Of a DNA stretch of 63,430 nt, positions 35,786 to 45,325 are shown in pieces. Within the stretch, counting starts at the first letter, position 1. Each line of letters opens with the position of its first letter. Origin of the DNA: an uncultured Candidatus Saccharibacteria bacterium (GTDB taxonomy: Bacteria; Patescibacteriota; Minisyncoccia; Phycocordibacterales; CSBR16-119); assembly GCA_964581035.1 (NCBI GenBank), contig CAZOLO010000003.1, positions 14,085 through 77,514 on the forward strand, in the 5' to 3' direction. Position numbers and translations under genes: made by a program. The notes under the pieces were generated by a model. The model worked only from the letters and a program-made list of their open reading frames with translations. It did no database searches and was not told the DNA's origin.

Positions 35786-38700
35786 TATCAAACAGTTCTC
35801 CTTGCTCTGGGTCACCATTTATTAGATCTAGTAACTCTAAGTAATCTTTTGTTTTATCTGTTTTTTTATACTCAGTCTTTAGAAGTTCACCAGAGAGCAC
35901 TGTGTCAGCAAGCTCTTGAATTAAATCTCGAAGATCATCAACCTCAGACGGAGATATCTCAAATTCAGCTCTCTCAAATTCTCCTTTACTATTCGGCTCT
36001 ATGAAATCAAAAACCGCCTTATGAAAATCATACCTACCACTGTAAGCATGTCGAAGAAGGAGTTTATAAAAAGTAGCCTGTCTTCGAATTTTTTCTTTTC
36101 TGTCTTTTGACATATCACTGTATGCCTTCCCTGTTTTATAATCCCAAACAACTATATTTCCCTCCTTGTCTCTCGTGATCTTATCCATGACACCGGTTAA
36201 ATTCAAAATTTGGCCATCTCGAAGCTCAAATGGAACAGCTGGAATTCTAAACTCATTCTCAAGAGGCACATCAAAACTCTTTTGCCTTTCTTTAAAATAC
36301 TCAGTTATGAATTCCCATCCTCTTTCTTCAAATTCACGATAGGCAGGATAAGCTTCCAGGGTCTTTTCAAAAGATTTTTTCAAAACATCTTTCTTTAAAA
36401 TCCCCCCTTTCTTTTTACATTCATTGAAATAATTCTCTAGGGCGCCATGAATTAGATTTCCAAAATCTAGATGAGCGGTTTTTGCTTCAGGTAAATGAAT
36501 AAGATTCCTAAAAAAATAAAGTATTGGTGACTCCACAAAGTTGTTCAATGCAGAAACAGACAATTTACTACTTAAAAATTTATCTGAAATATATTCTTGA
36601 TTTGAAATAGACAAAAGTCTTGGAGCTCCCTCTCTGAAAAAATTTGCAAATTGTGTACCCAGTCCTGATTCAAAGGAGTCCGTGTCTACAGTCACCAAAC
36701 CTTCTATCTCTTCAACAAAAGGTGTTTTGTTTTTCTCTTTACCTTCTTCATTTAAGACATAAGAACTTATTAAAGCATCTTTCTTGGCACGAGTTAGGGC
36801 TACATAAAATAGCCTCCTCTCATCATCAATTAACCCTGATGAGAAATCATTAAAAGGCAAAGATATTTCTCTTGGCACAGCCCTCTTAGCTATTGCTCGA
36901 ATGATATAAACCGAATCAAACTCCAACCCTTTGGACCCATGATATGTCATTAAAGACACTCCATCCAAAGAATCCTGAGGAATAGAAATTCTCAAATTGT
37001 GTCTCTTGAGCGAGTCTAGGTAGTACAAGAAATCAGAAAGAGAAAATTCCCCTCTTCTGGTTGTTTCATTTTTTATTTCATCAAAAATCTTTTCTAATTT
37101 AGACAAAGCCAGAACTGCATTTGGGCGCCCAAGTAAGTACTCCAGGAACCCAGACTCTCTAACAAACCATGCAAAGTATGTACTGAAGTTTTCATTTTCT
37201 GACTTCTTCTTTGAATCGTTCAAAAATTTAACAAAATCTTTCGCCTTAGATATCATATCTTTTTCTACACCTATTTCTTTTAGTATTTTTTCATCACTAA
37301 GAATAGAGTAGATATTTTTACTAGGACCCCTTCTTGTATTTCTAAGTCTCGCTAGCACTTTCTGAGTGAAGAAAACATCAAACTTTAGAAAATCAATATA
37401 TAGAACTCTGGCCATGTGCTCATCAGAAAGAAAGTCACTAGAAACTCGAAGTAGCAAAAATAGCTTTAGAATATCCATATCCTCAAGCAGGTTTATTTTA
37501 GACAAATCTTTATAAGGAATATCCATAGCATCAAAAATCTGCCTAACTCCAGCTGCGTCAGCATTGTTTCGATAAAGAACAGCTATTTCATTTGGATCTT
37601 CTCCAGAGTATAGTCTAGCTTTTACATCCTTTGCCAACCAAAGAAGCTCTGATTTATATGTAGAAAATTCTCGATACTCTAAAGGGCCAGATCGGTCCAC
37701 GAAAAACGATTTTAATTCTTGAGCTTCTTTATGTTCCCCGCTTTTTACAATCAGAGATTGTGCAGAGTCCAGAATATGCTGACCAGATCTATAGTTATGA
37801 ACCAAATCAATAACCAGCATCTCATCTAAAAGAGATTTCAATTTTCCAAAACTTTCATTTGAAGCTCCAGCGAAACGAAAGATTGCCTGTTTGTCATCAC
37901 CCACAACAAATAGGTTTGGCTTTCCTTCGTGTACAGGATTATCTATCAGCAGATGAATGATTGTGTTTTGAGCGTCATTTGTATCCTGATGCTCGTCCAC
38001 GAGGATGTACTGGAACCTCTCCTGCATCTCAGCTAGAAATCCATCGCTCTCTCTAAGACCATGTATGAAAAACAAGATAAGATCAGAGAAATCATACATT
38101 GATTTTTCTTCAAGCTTGTTTTGATAAACAGAAAAAATCTCTCCAAGTTCTAAGTTTTTATCTCTTCTCCTTTCTCTCTTAGCTAATTCAGCTGGTTTGA
38201 TATCGCCTTTTTTGTAATCACCCCTAGATACTTTATAGAAGATCTCTTCATCCTTCATAGAAAGTTCAAATTGCTCTAGAGTTTTCTGCTTGAATTCCTC
38301 CGGATCTAATCCTTCATTTTTTATCTTATCCAGAGCTGAAAGAATCGTCATCATTGTTCCTTGCCGTCTTTTAAAGACCGAGAAGTGACTAGTCTTCATG
38401 GTAGACAGAATTTCTTCGAGTATTTCTATTCTTTCAATATCAGAGACCAATCTTGCTCCAAAAAATCTTGGGAAAAAGTCCGTATGTGATCGAATCATCT
38501 CCTCGGCAAAAGAGTGAAAAGTATTTATTTGAACTCTGTGAGAAAGTTCAGAACCTGTCAAACCGGTAAGTCTCTCTCTCATATTGTAACTTGCGGTATT
38601 GGTAAATGTTAGAGCTAGTATATTTTCTGGTTCTACTCCGGCAGACTCCTTCAAAATATTTGCAATTCTAAGAGTTAGAATCTGAGTCTTTCCTGTTCCA

Positions 38701-38801
38701 GGGCCAGCCATCACAAAAACAGGGCCATCTATGGTGTCTACTGCTTTTTTTTGCTCAGGATTTAGGAGCTTGTATTCCTCTTTGAATTTCTTCTCATTCA
38801 T
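35781..38801 (-). CDS. UvrD/PcrA-like SF1 helicase fused to a C-terminal PD-(D/E)xK (RecB/AddB/Cas4-type) nuclease domain
   Basis: N-terminal Walker A AGPGTGKT and helicase motifs. C-terminal nuclease motifs (HLDFGNLIHGALE; VWDYKTGK). 1006 aa. Confidence 0.8.
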   Translation of the reverse strand: MNEKKFKEEYKLLNPEQKKAVDTIDGPVFVMAGPGTGKTQILTLRIANILKESAGVEPENILALTFTNTASYNMRERLTGLTGSELSHRVQINTFHSFAEEMIRSHTDFFPRFFGARLVSDIERIEILEEILSTMKTSHFSVFKRRQGTMMTILSALDKIKNEGLDPEEFKQKTLEQFELSMKDEEIFYKVSRGDYKKGDIKPAELAKRERRRDKNLELGEIFSVYQNKLEEKSMYDFSDLILFFIHGLRESDGFLAEMQERFQYILVDEHQDTNDAQNTIIHLLIDNPVHEGKPNLFVVGDDKQAIFRFAGASNESFGKLKSLLDEMLVIDLVHNYRSGQHILDSAQSLIVKSGEHKEAQELKSFFVDRSGPLEYREFSTYKSELLWLAKDVKARLYSGEDPNEIAVLYRNNADAAGVRQIFDAMDIPYKDLSKINLLEDMDILKLFLLLRVSSDFLSDEHMARVLYIDFLKFDVFFTQKVLARLRNTRRGPSKNIYSILSDEKILKEIGVEKDMISKAKDFVKFLNDSKKKSENENFSTYFAWFVRESGFLEYLLGRPNAVLALSKLEKIFDEIKNETTRRGEFSLSDFLYYLDSLKRHNLRISIPQDSLDGVSLMTYHGSKGLEFDSVYIIRAIAKRAVPREISLPFNDFSSGLIDDERRLFYVALTRAKKDALISSYVLNEEGKEKNKTPFVEEIEGLVTVDTDSFESGLGTQFANFFREGAPRLLSISNQEYISDKFLSSKLSVSALNNFVESPILYFFRNLIHLPEAKTAHLDFGNLIHGALENYFNECKKKGGILKKDVLKKSFEKTLEAYPAYREFEERGWEFITEYFKERQKSFDVPLENEFRIPAVPFELRDGQILNLTGVMDKITRDKEGNIVVWDYKTGKAYSDMSKDRKEKIRRQATFYKLLLRHAYSGRYDFHKAVFDFIEPNSKGEFERAEFEISPSEVDDLRDLIQELADTVLSGELLKTEYKKTDKTKDYLELLDLINGDPEQGELFDK

Positions 38802-38876
38802 TAGCCAATTTTAGCATATTTCAAAACACTTGATTTTTGGGTATAAAATGGTAAAAATAGAACAAAAGACAAGGTC

Positions 38877-39134
38877 ATGGCAACTTTTGAGGAAAACAGA
38901 CTTCTTTCGAGCCTGAATGGCCCGTATAACCGGATTGCACATCTGGTAGAAGAAAAAGAGTGCAAAATCAGCAGATATTCTGTAACACAGCAAGAACATG
39001 AGTATCTAAGAGACTTTCTAAGCCTCAGTAAATCAAAGAAAATGATTCGTGTTCGTAAGTGTAATTCTAAACACTTAAGTAAGCGTGTCATAAAAATCGC
39101 AGAACAGTTAGTTAAGCTCCCCGTCAAAGATTGA
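38877..39134 (+). CDS. small hypothetical protein (85 aa), divergent from the helicase-nuclease gene
   Basis: Charged, protein-like composition. It overlaps the next ORF by ATGA. The antisense ORF 38801..39127 looks spurious (Cys/Leu-rich). Confidence 0.35.
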   Translation: MATFEENRLLSSLNGPYNRIAHLVEEKECKISRYSVTQQEHEYLRDFLSLSKSKKMIRVRKCNSKHLSKRVIKIAEQLVKLPVKD

Positions 39135-39487
39135 TTGGGAGTTTTTATTATCTAGACAATACAAATTTTTCAGAGTACAGTTATCTAAAAGCACTAGCAA
39201 TGGAAAATACAGGAAATCCAAATTTAGAAAATATTCTTAGAAGATTAAATGTAGACTGGTCTAACTTTGTCAGAATAACAAACAAAGATATAGATTCTTT
39301 GAGACCAGAGGAGCTTAGGTTTATCGATAAAAATCTCAACTTATATGAGTCTACGATGCTTCGAAAAAAGTCTGCTAAATATTTCAAATACATGATGGAT
39401 AGCTTTGATCTATCAGAACTACTTGAAAGAGCAAAGCAACATTTACATCACAGTTATCCAGAGACAAATAGAGATCAGGATGACTAA
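39131..39487 (+). CDS. small hypothetical protein (118 aa)
   Basis: Coupled to the upstream ORF. A terminator follows at 39485-39517. Confidence 0.4.
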   Translation: MIGSFYYLDNTNFSEYSYLKALAMENTGNPNLENILRRLNVDWSNFVRITNKDIDSLRPEELRFIDKNLNLYESTMLRKKSAKYFKYMMDSFDLSELLERAKQHLHHSYPETNRDQDD

Positions 39488-39517
39488 AAAACCACAGCAT
39501 TTAGTGTGGTTTTTTTA
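39485..39517. terminator. bidirectional terminator (ACCACA...TGTGGT)
   Basis: A-run, hairpin, T-run. Confidence 0.55.
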
Positions 39518-39518
39518 A

Positions 39519-40352
39519 TTATTTATTTAAGACGTCTCCTTCGGTAATAGAAACTTCTTTTAGGGAGCTTTCTAGTTCACCCTTTGCAAGCTCTGGATTT
39601 TTCTGAAGTGGCTGAGATACTTTTGATTCATTTTCTGTAATTATTATATCTTCATCTTTTTCTATGTCTACAACTTTATCTGCATCTTTAATAGCTCTAT
39701 CAGCTGTCCCTCTTTTTGTATATAAATTCATCGAAGAGAAAACGAAAACGCTGGCAAAAATAATTCCCAAAATATTAACTACAAACAAAAGGAACGCCCC
39801 TTTTGCAATTGCAAAGTTTAGTGTTGCTAAACCAAGTCCGGTCACAGCTAGTGGCGGTACAAGTGAAACAGAAATTGCAATTCCTGGTATAGCTTCAGAC
39901 ATTTTTGGCTTGATTAGTGCAAAAGATGCAGCAAACCCAGCCACAACAGCCACTGCTGCATCAAGTAAATTTGGAGTTGTTCTGGACAAGACTTCTCGAA
40001 CAGATACACCATCTTTGCTACCAAAAAGAAGACCAATCAAAAATGCAGCCCCTATAGCGTAAAGCAAAGATTTACCGAGTGTGAATACTGCCCTTCTTAT
40101 AAGTGACTCATTAAACATCACAATCCCCATCCCTAAAGAAAGAATCGGTGAAAGTACTGGGGCAATAAGCATGGCTCCAATCACAATGGCTGTATTATCT
40201 AGCAGTAAACCAAATGTTGCCATGGCAATAGACAGAACAACCATCATAAAGAAATCAGTATTTGGAGTACTTTGATCAATAAGTTTTTTTACAGCTTCAC
40301 TTTTCTCCCCTGAAGAAGATGTATTAAATATTTTTTCAATTGTTTTTTCCAT
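39519..40352 (-). CDS. DUF389-family integral membrane protein
   Basis: Multi-TM protein with the Gly/Ala-rich helices (LIAPVLSPILSLGMGIV; VSLVPPLAVTGLGLA) typical of DUF389. Confidence 0.65.
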   Translation of the reverse strand: MEKTIEKIFNTSSSGEKSEAVKKLIDQSTPNTDFFMMVVLSIAMATFGLLLDNTAIVIGAMLIAPVLSPILSLGMGIVMFNESLIRRAVFTLGKSLLYAIGAAFLIGLLFGSKDGVSVREVLSRTTPNLLDAAVAVVAGFAASFALIKPKMSEAIPGIAISVSLVPPLAVTGLGLATLNFAIAKGAFLLFVVNILGIIFASVFVFSSMNLYTKRGTADRAIKDADKVVDIEKDEDIIITENESKVSQPLQKNPELAKGELESSLKEVSITEGDVLNK

Positions 40353-40386
40353 AAAATTATTGTACCAGAAAAATTAGAACTTTTGA

Positions 40387-42357
40387 TTACTTGACACCAA
40401 GGGCCTCTAGGAAGGCTTTATTGTTTGGTTTTCGCCCTAAAAATGCCTTCATTTGACCAATTTCATCTTCAGAGCCACCTTTTGAGAGTATTTTATCTCT
40501 AAGGTCTTTACCAGCCTTTTTACTCCTGACTCCCTCTTTTTTGAATCTTGAGAATAGGTCGTAAGCGTAAACTAGAGACCAAACATAAGTGTAATAACTA
40601 GCAGCATATCCAGTCATATGACCCCAACCAGCAGGATGAAGAGATTGTTTGTTTGGCTTTACCATGCTGTATTTTTTATCAATCATTTCTGATAGCTTTC
40701 GTAAATCTTTATTGTAGTGAGTCGTATGCATTAATAAATCTTCAACACCATAAACAAATGTTCCATAATGTTCACCAGCCTTCATAAAGGTTTTCATGCT
40801 TTTAATTTTTTCTTGTATGTCTACGGGAAGCTTTTCTCCTGTCTTATAATGAGAAGACATGTCCACTAAAATATCTATATCTTTAGTCCAGTTTTCGAAC
40901 ATTTGAGAAGGTGTCTCAACAAAATCCTCATCAGTTCCTGTACCTGCAAAAGCTGCATAATGAGCCCTTGTAAGAAAATCATGACTCATGTGACCAAACT
41001 CATGGAACAAAGTCCTAACTTCTCCAACAGAAAGAAGAGATGGATTCTTTTTTGTACCTCTTGGGAAATTCCCTACAATCACAGATACTGGAGCTTTATA
41101 GTTTTTACTGCGGAATTTTTCGTCTTCTCCTGCCATGAAATTCCAGCAAGCCATATGACTAAACTTCCCTGGCCTAGGGAATAAATCAAAAATAACATGA
41201 GCTACCGGCTTACCTTTTTCTATAACATCATAAGAAAGTACGTCCTTGTGCCAAAGCTGTAAATTATTTTTCTTAAAAGAAACTCCAAACAGACCTCCAA
41301 AAAGCTGAAACATATATTCCATTACTTTATCTAGGGGGAAATATTCTTTTGTTATATTGGGATCATAATCAAACAAAGATTTCTTCATTTTGTTTGAAGC
41401 ATAAGCTGTATTAAAGAACGTAAGCTCTTTTAATCCCAATTCTTTTTTTGCAAATTTCTGCAAAGCGATAGTATCTTTCTTTACTCTTGGCTTTAGATCT
41501 TTTAAGGTCTCCTCTAGGAAATTCTTGATATTCTCTGGATTTTTTGAAACCCTATGTTTAACCACCATTTCAGAGTATGATTTATAACCAAGTATCTCAG
41601 CTTTTTTCTTTCGGAGAATCAAAAGCTCCTGAAGTATCTTTAGGTTTTTCTTACCACCTTTTTTACCATTTTTAACAGCAAGCTCTTTTCTCTTCTTTTC
41701 ACTTTCAGAAAAAGTCATAAAAGGGACTAGCTCTGGATAGTCTAGGCTTACTATATATTTTTTTGTCTTCTTATCCTTTTTAAGATTTGAAATATAGTTG
41801 TCTGGCAATCCAGACAGCTCCTCTTTTGTACATAAAATATGATCCTCATATGAATCAATGTTTTTTGAAAATTCGCTTTCAAGCTTTGATGTTCTCTGAG
41901 AAATCTTTACCATCTCTTTTCTTTCTTCTTCAGACAAATGAAAACCTTTATTTTCAAACCAAATCTTTGTATTTTTATATAGTCTTTTTTCTTCATCAGT
42001 TAGATTTTCCTTTCTAGGGTTATATTCTTTGAAAGCTCTGTATAAATCTAAATCATTGTTTATTTCTGCTAATTGAGAAGACGCCCAAATAACAGCTTGA
42101 TGAGAAGCTTCTCTTATTTTCTTGCTTGTGCTCACATACTTTAAAAAACTAATACCATTGTTTTCATAACCAACATCACCAGCCTTTTCCATGGCATAGA
42201 TAGTATTTTCAAAGGTTCTTTCCTTTTTAGGTATTTCTTTTATCTTTTTATAGTTCTCTTTTAGTGTTTCAACATACTTCTTAACCTCAACATCTATTTC
42301 TTTTGGACCCCAAGCTACCCACTCAAAGTCCTTTTGTATTTTTGGAATAATTTTCAT
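40387..42357 (-). CDS. M3-family zinc metallopeptidase (oligoendopeptidase-like)
   Basis: HEFGH zinc-binding motif in a protein of about 650 aa with the M3 fold. Confidence 0.8.
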   Translation of the reverse strand: MKIIPKIQKDFEWVAWGPKEIDVEVKKYVETLKENYKKIKEIPKKERTFENTIYAMEKAGDVGYENNGISFLKYVSTSKKIREASHQAVIWASSQLAEINNDLDLYRAFKEYNPRKENLTDEEKRLYKNTKIWFENKGFHLSEEERKEMVKISQRTSKLESEFSKNIDSYEDHILCTKEELSGLPDNYISNLKKDKKTKKYIVSLDYPELVPFMTFSESEKKRKELAVKNGKKGGKKNLKILQELLILRKKKAEILGYKSYSEMVVKHRVSKNPENIKNFLEETLKDLKPRVKKDTIALQKFAKKELGLKELTFFNTAYASNKMKKSLFDYDPNITKEYFPLDKVMEYMFQLFGGLFGVSFKKNNLQLWHKDVLSYDVIEKGKPVAHVIFDLFPRPGKFSHMACWNFMAGEDEKFRSKNYKAPVSVIVGNFPRGTKKNPSLLSVGEVRTLFHEFGHMSHDFLTRAHYAAFAGTGTDEDFVETPSQMFENWTKDIDILVDMSSHYKTGEKLPVDIQEKIKSMKTFMKAGEHYGTFVYGVEDLLMHTTHYNKDLRKLSEMIDKKYSMVKPNKQSLHPAGWGHMTGYAASYYTYVWSLVYAYDLFSRFKKEGVRSKKAGKDLRDKILSKGGSEDEIGQMKAFLGRKPNNKAFLEALGVK

Positions 42358-42468
42358 AGAGGTAGTATACCACTTGTGGCAGGCAAATAAAAAAGGCGCT
42401 CCGCAATGCGGAACGCCTCAACTTTTCATCTAAATGTGATCTGTGGAATCAGATTAGGAAAAACCTAC

Positions 42469-45084
42469 TTAGGTTTTTTTGATCTCAGCCTTACCTCCGT
42501 ATTCTACGATAACTTTCTGCAAAGTTTCAGCAGCCTCTTTCGTCAAACCCCCTGCAATTACAGCCGGTATTGATTCAAGCGCTTTCTTTGCTTTTCGAAT
42601 GCTCATATCAGAGTTGTCCTTGATGGCTATGGCAACAAGATTCTTGGTAGAACCTGTATCAGTTACCTCAACAGAGAAACTGTCCTCAACCTCAGCTGCT
42701 TCAGCTACTGGAGCTTCTACAGCAGGTTTTACCGCTTCCTCAAGCTTCTCTCGAACCTCTGGAGCGATCTTACGACCAGTTAACATCTCAATGATAGACA
42801 GACCCATGAAGCTACTAAGCATGTCTCCGGTTCCACCAGATCCATTACCACCGTTACCTCCAATAACAACGTTGTCAGGGATAAGCTTCATGTCTTTCAA
42901 CGCGCCCATCTCTTTCATCACCATCATCTGAACGAATCCGTCTTCACCCATTGCAGAAACCTGCTTTTCATAGGCTTCCGCAGTCGCAAGCCCCTCTTCT
43001 TTGATAACCTTAGCCTTGTTAGACCCTACCGCATAAATGGCTTCACCATCAGCTTCACCATTCAACTTTGTTGCCTTTGATCTTGCTTCAGCGGCAAGTT
43101 CAACCTCTTTGGCGTTACCTTCAGCACGAAGAACTTTGGACGTCTTCTCACCTTCTGCTTTTGCAATCTCAGACAGAGCCTTGTTTTTGTTGATATCAAC
43201 ATCACGTTCAGACTCAACAACAGCTTGCTGCTGATTCGCTTGCTCCTTCGAATTTTCAAAAGCAATACGGGAATCCTGCTCTAGCTTCTGAATTCCATAC
43301 ATCTTTGTATTTTGTTCAGCAATCTGAGTGTCTTGAACAGGCTTTGTGAGCGCGACAGGAAGCACAACATCTGCAATCAAAGTATCCTTTGAATCGATAT
43401 GGTGTTCTGCCAGAACTTTGGAAATATGCTCCTTAGCTGACTCCTGAAGCTCCATACGTTTAGTATAAAGCTCAAGTGCAGGGGTCTGCTGTGCAGCATT
43501 TCGGAAGTGAGCAGAGATTGCAGGTTCAAGAACCTGAGAAATCATCTCTTCAACCGAACCAAGGTTAGCTATCACCTTTGGTGCATTCTTCATCGGGATA
43601 TGAACAACTACGTTTACATCCATACTAACGTCAAATGCATCCTTGGTACGAAGCACGATTGTCTTGAGTTTATCATCAAGCTTGTGGGCTTGAGACTCAG
43701 AGTTTGCCCAACTCAACAAAATCTGGATTGTTGGCACAATTGCCACATCACAGATCTTTGTGTTTATTGGATGCATACCCGGCTGCAATGGATCTTTCCA
43801 GATACCCTTATTACCGTTCTCAACAATACTAGCATTAACACTATCCTCACTGGTGTCTACACCAACTGGCCCAACATACGATGTTACAACACCACAGTTA
43901 CCAATCAAAACCTTAGTCATTGGCACTTTTTCAACCTTGGCAAACCATGGGTTGATAGCATACTGACCAGCACGAAGCACAGGAATTTGAAGGCCTTTCT
44001 GGCCCTTGGAATCCAGGTATGCTTGAGGATTTTGATAGTTATTATGAACCTCCATCTGAAGTTCATCAGCCGCGATCTTAGACTTGTCTTTAATTGATGC
44101 ACCCTCCAAAGTGGTAACAATACCAACTTCGTTAGAGCCAATTTCAATCCAGAGATTACTTTCCGTGCCTTGTATAACCTTAAACAGATCCGTGTTAATA
44201 CGGTACTGCCCAGGCATTAACACCTCAAGCTGACCACCGCGCTCTCCTCCATTTTCGATAAACTTTTGACCATCATAAAAACTTTTATGACCTTCAACTT
44301 TTTTCCCAAGAATTCGAGATCCTTCAATACGCTCACCGTCCATGGCTTCGATCAAAGCAATCTGGCCTTTAGGCACATCAATTTGCTTTTCCACTCGAAC
44401 ATTAAACATCAGCTTGTTGACACGATAGTATCCAGGTTCCAAGAAATCAATCTGTGGACCTTTCTCACCACCATTTTCCAAAAACGCAACTGCGTCTTGA
44501 AAATTATTACATTCAACAGGTTTACCGAAGTTACCTCCAGATCTTTCAACTCGTTTACCAGCAATGGATTCAACAATACCAACTTCGTCTTCCTGAATTA
44601 AAACACCATCTTCTATCTTGATTTTAAACAAGTGAGGATTAATTCGGTACTCACCATCAGGCAAGATATGAAGCTGACGACCCTTTTGTCCTTTGTTTTT
44701 CAAGAAAGCTTCCCCGTCCTGGAAAAACTCACAATCGACAGTCTTTGCCATAATCTTATCTTTCGGCAAAGATTCACCCGTAATCGCAGTAACCAGCCCA
44801 ACTTGTCCTGATTTAATTACCACAAAAGGGTGTTTGGTTCTCTTGTAGATGAATGGCCATAGAAGATGAAATCCTGGACCAAGAATCCTGGCTTGCACAC
44901 CAACCTCGTTGGACAATGCAACCGTTCTTCCGTCAGGCATCTCTTTACCAATCCACCTACGTTCAAGGACGACAATATTCTGCCCCCCTACAATGGCTAT
45001 GGAGCTATAAAGCGCCCACAACACTATTAAACCGAGAACACCCAATAGGGCGTACATCAGCCATCCTAAAATTAATGAAATCAT
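42469..45084 (-). CDS. membrane-anchored flotillin/SPFH (band 7) protein with four N-terminal ~36-aa repeats and a C-terminal bL12-CTD-like domain
   Basis: N-terminal TM helix. Four repeats (F.DG.AF.ENGG.KG.Q...L.PG.YRIN). An SPFH core and long coiled coil. A Gly-rich linker, then a ~70-aa tail (SIRKAKKALESIPAVIAGGLTKEAAETLQKVIVEYGGKAEIKK) that aligns to the L7/L12 C-terminal domain. Confidence 0.75.
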   Translation of the reverse strand: MISLILGWLMYALLGVLGLIVLWALYSSIAIVGGQNIVVLERRWIGKEMPDGRTVALSNEVGVQARILGPGFHLLWPFIYKRTKHPFVVIKSGQVGLVTAITGESLPKDKIMAKTVDCEFFQDGEAFLKNKGQKGRQLHILPDGEYRINPHLFKIKIEDGVLIQEDEVGIVESIAGKRVERSGGNFGKPVECNNFQDAVAFLENGGEKGPQIDFLEPGYYRVNKLMFNVRVEKQIDVPKGQIALIEAMDGERIEGSRILGKKVEGHKSFYDGQKFIENGGERGGQLEVLMPGQYRINTDLFKVIQGTESNLWIEIGSNEVGIVTTLEGASIKDKSKIAADELQMEVHNNYQNPQAYLDSKGQKGLQIPVLRAGQYAINPWFAKVEKVPMTKVLIGNCGVVTSYVGPVGVDTSEDSVNASIVENGNKGIWKDPLQPGMHPINTKICDVAIVPTIQILLSWANSESQAHKLDDKLKTIVLRTKDAFDVSMDVNVVVHIPMKNAPKVIANLGSVEEMISQVLEPAISAHFRNAAQQTPALELYTKRMELQESAKEHISKVLAEHHIDSKDTLIADVVLPVALTKPVQDTQIAEQNTKMYGIQKLEQDSRIAFENSKEQANQQQAVVESERDVDINKNKALSEIAKAEGEKTSKVLRAEGNAKEVELAAEARSKATKLNGEADGEAIYAVGSNKAKVIKEEGLATAEAYEKQVSAMGEDGFVQMMVMKEMGALKDMKLIPDNVVIGGNGGNGSGGTGDMLSSFMGLSIIEMLTGRKIAPEVREKLEEAVKPAVEAPVAEAAEVEDSFSVEVTDTGSTKNLVAIAIKDNSDMSIRKAKKALESIPAVIAGGLTKEAAETLQKVIVEYGGKAEIKKT

Positions 45085-45157
45085 GTTTATTGATTTAAGT
45101 GATATAATTCAAATTGTTTCCAGATACCTCTAGGTGCAGGCTAATCTATTTTCCACA

Positions 45158-45213
45158 GTCAAGAAAAGCATACAGACCACCAGTAAGTTGGTGACCTGAA
45201 TGCTTTTCTTGAC
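45158..45213 (-). promoter_or_regulatory. 14-bp perfect inverted repeat (GTCAAGAAAAGCAT-N28-ATGCTTTTCTTGAC) in the 5' leader of the flotillin-like gene
   Basis: It lies between the TTGACA-N17-TAATGT promoter (45242-45270) and the start codon (45084). The spacer holds an inner CACCA/TGGTG hairpin. Confidence 0.45.
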
Positions 45214-45241
45214 ACATTTCAAAGATCTATAAGTCGTCGAA

Positions 45242-45270
45242 ACATTAGCATACAGAATTTATTTTGTCAA
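45242..45270 (-). promoter_or_regulatory. sigma70-type promoter (TTGACA-N17-TAATGT) for the flotillin-like gene
   Basis: Consensus -35 with a 17-nt spacer. It implies a 5'-UTR of about 150 nt. Confidence 0.5.
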
Positions 45271-45325
45271 GTATATAAATCTCAAAAAAACCCTTATTTA
45301 TAAGGGTTTTATGCTGACCTGTGTA

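Noticed and set aside
38801-39127. 108-aa minus-strand ORF antisense to the 85-aa plus-strand ORF.
   Set aside because: It has Cys/Leu-rich low-complexity composition typical of antisense frames in AT-rich DNA. The plus-strand pair has protein-like composition, ATGA coupling and a downstream terminator.
42479-44601. Multiple antisense ORFs inside the flotillin-like gene (42479..42931, 43507..44097, 44266..44601 and others), and similar antisense ORFs inside gyrB, thrS and the giant gene.
   Set aside because: They are shadow ORFs on the opposite strand of well-supported long genes. The one at 42479..42931 is Ser/Ala/Pro-rich low-complexity.
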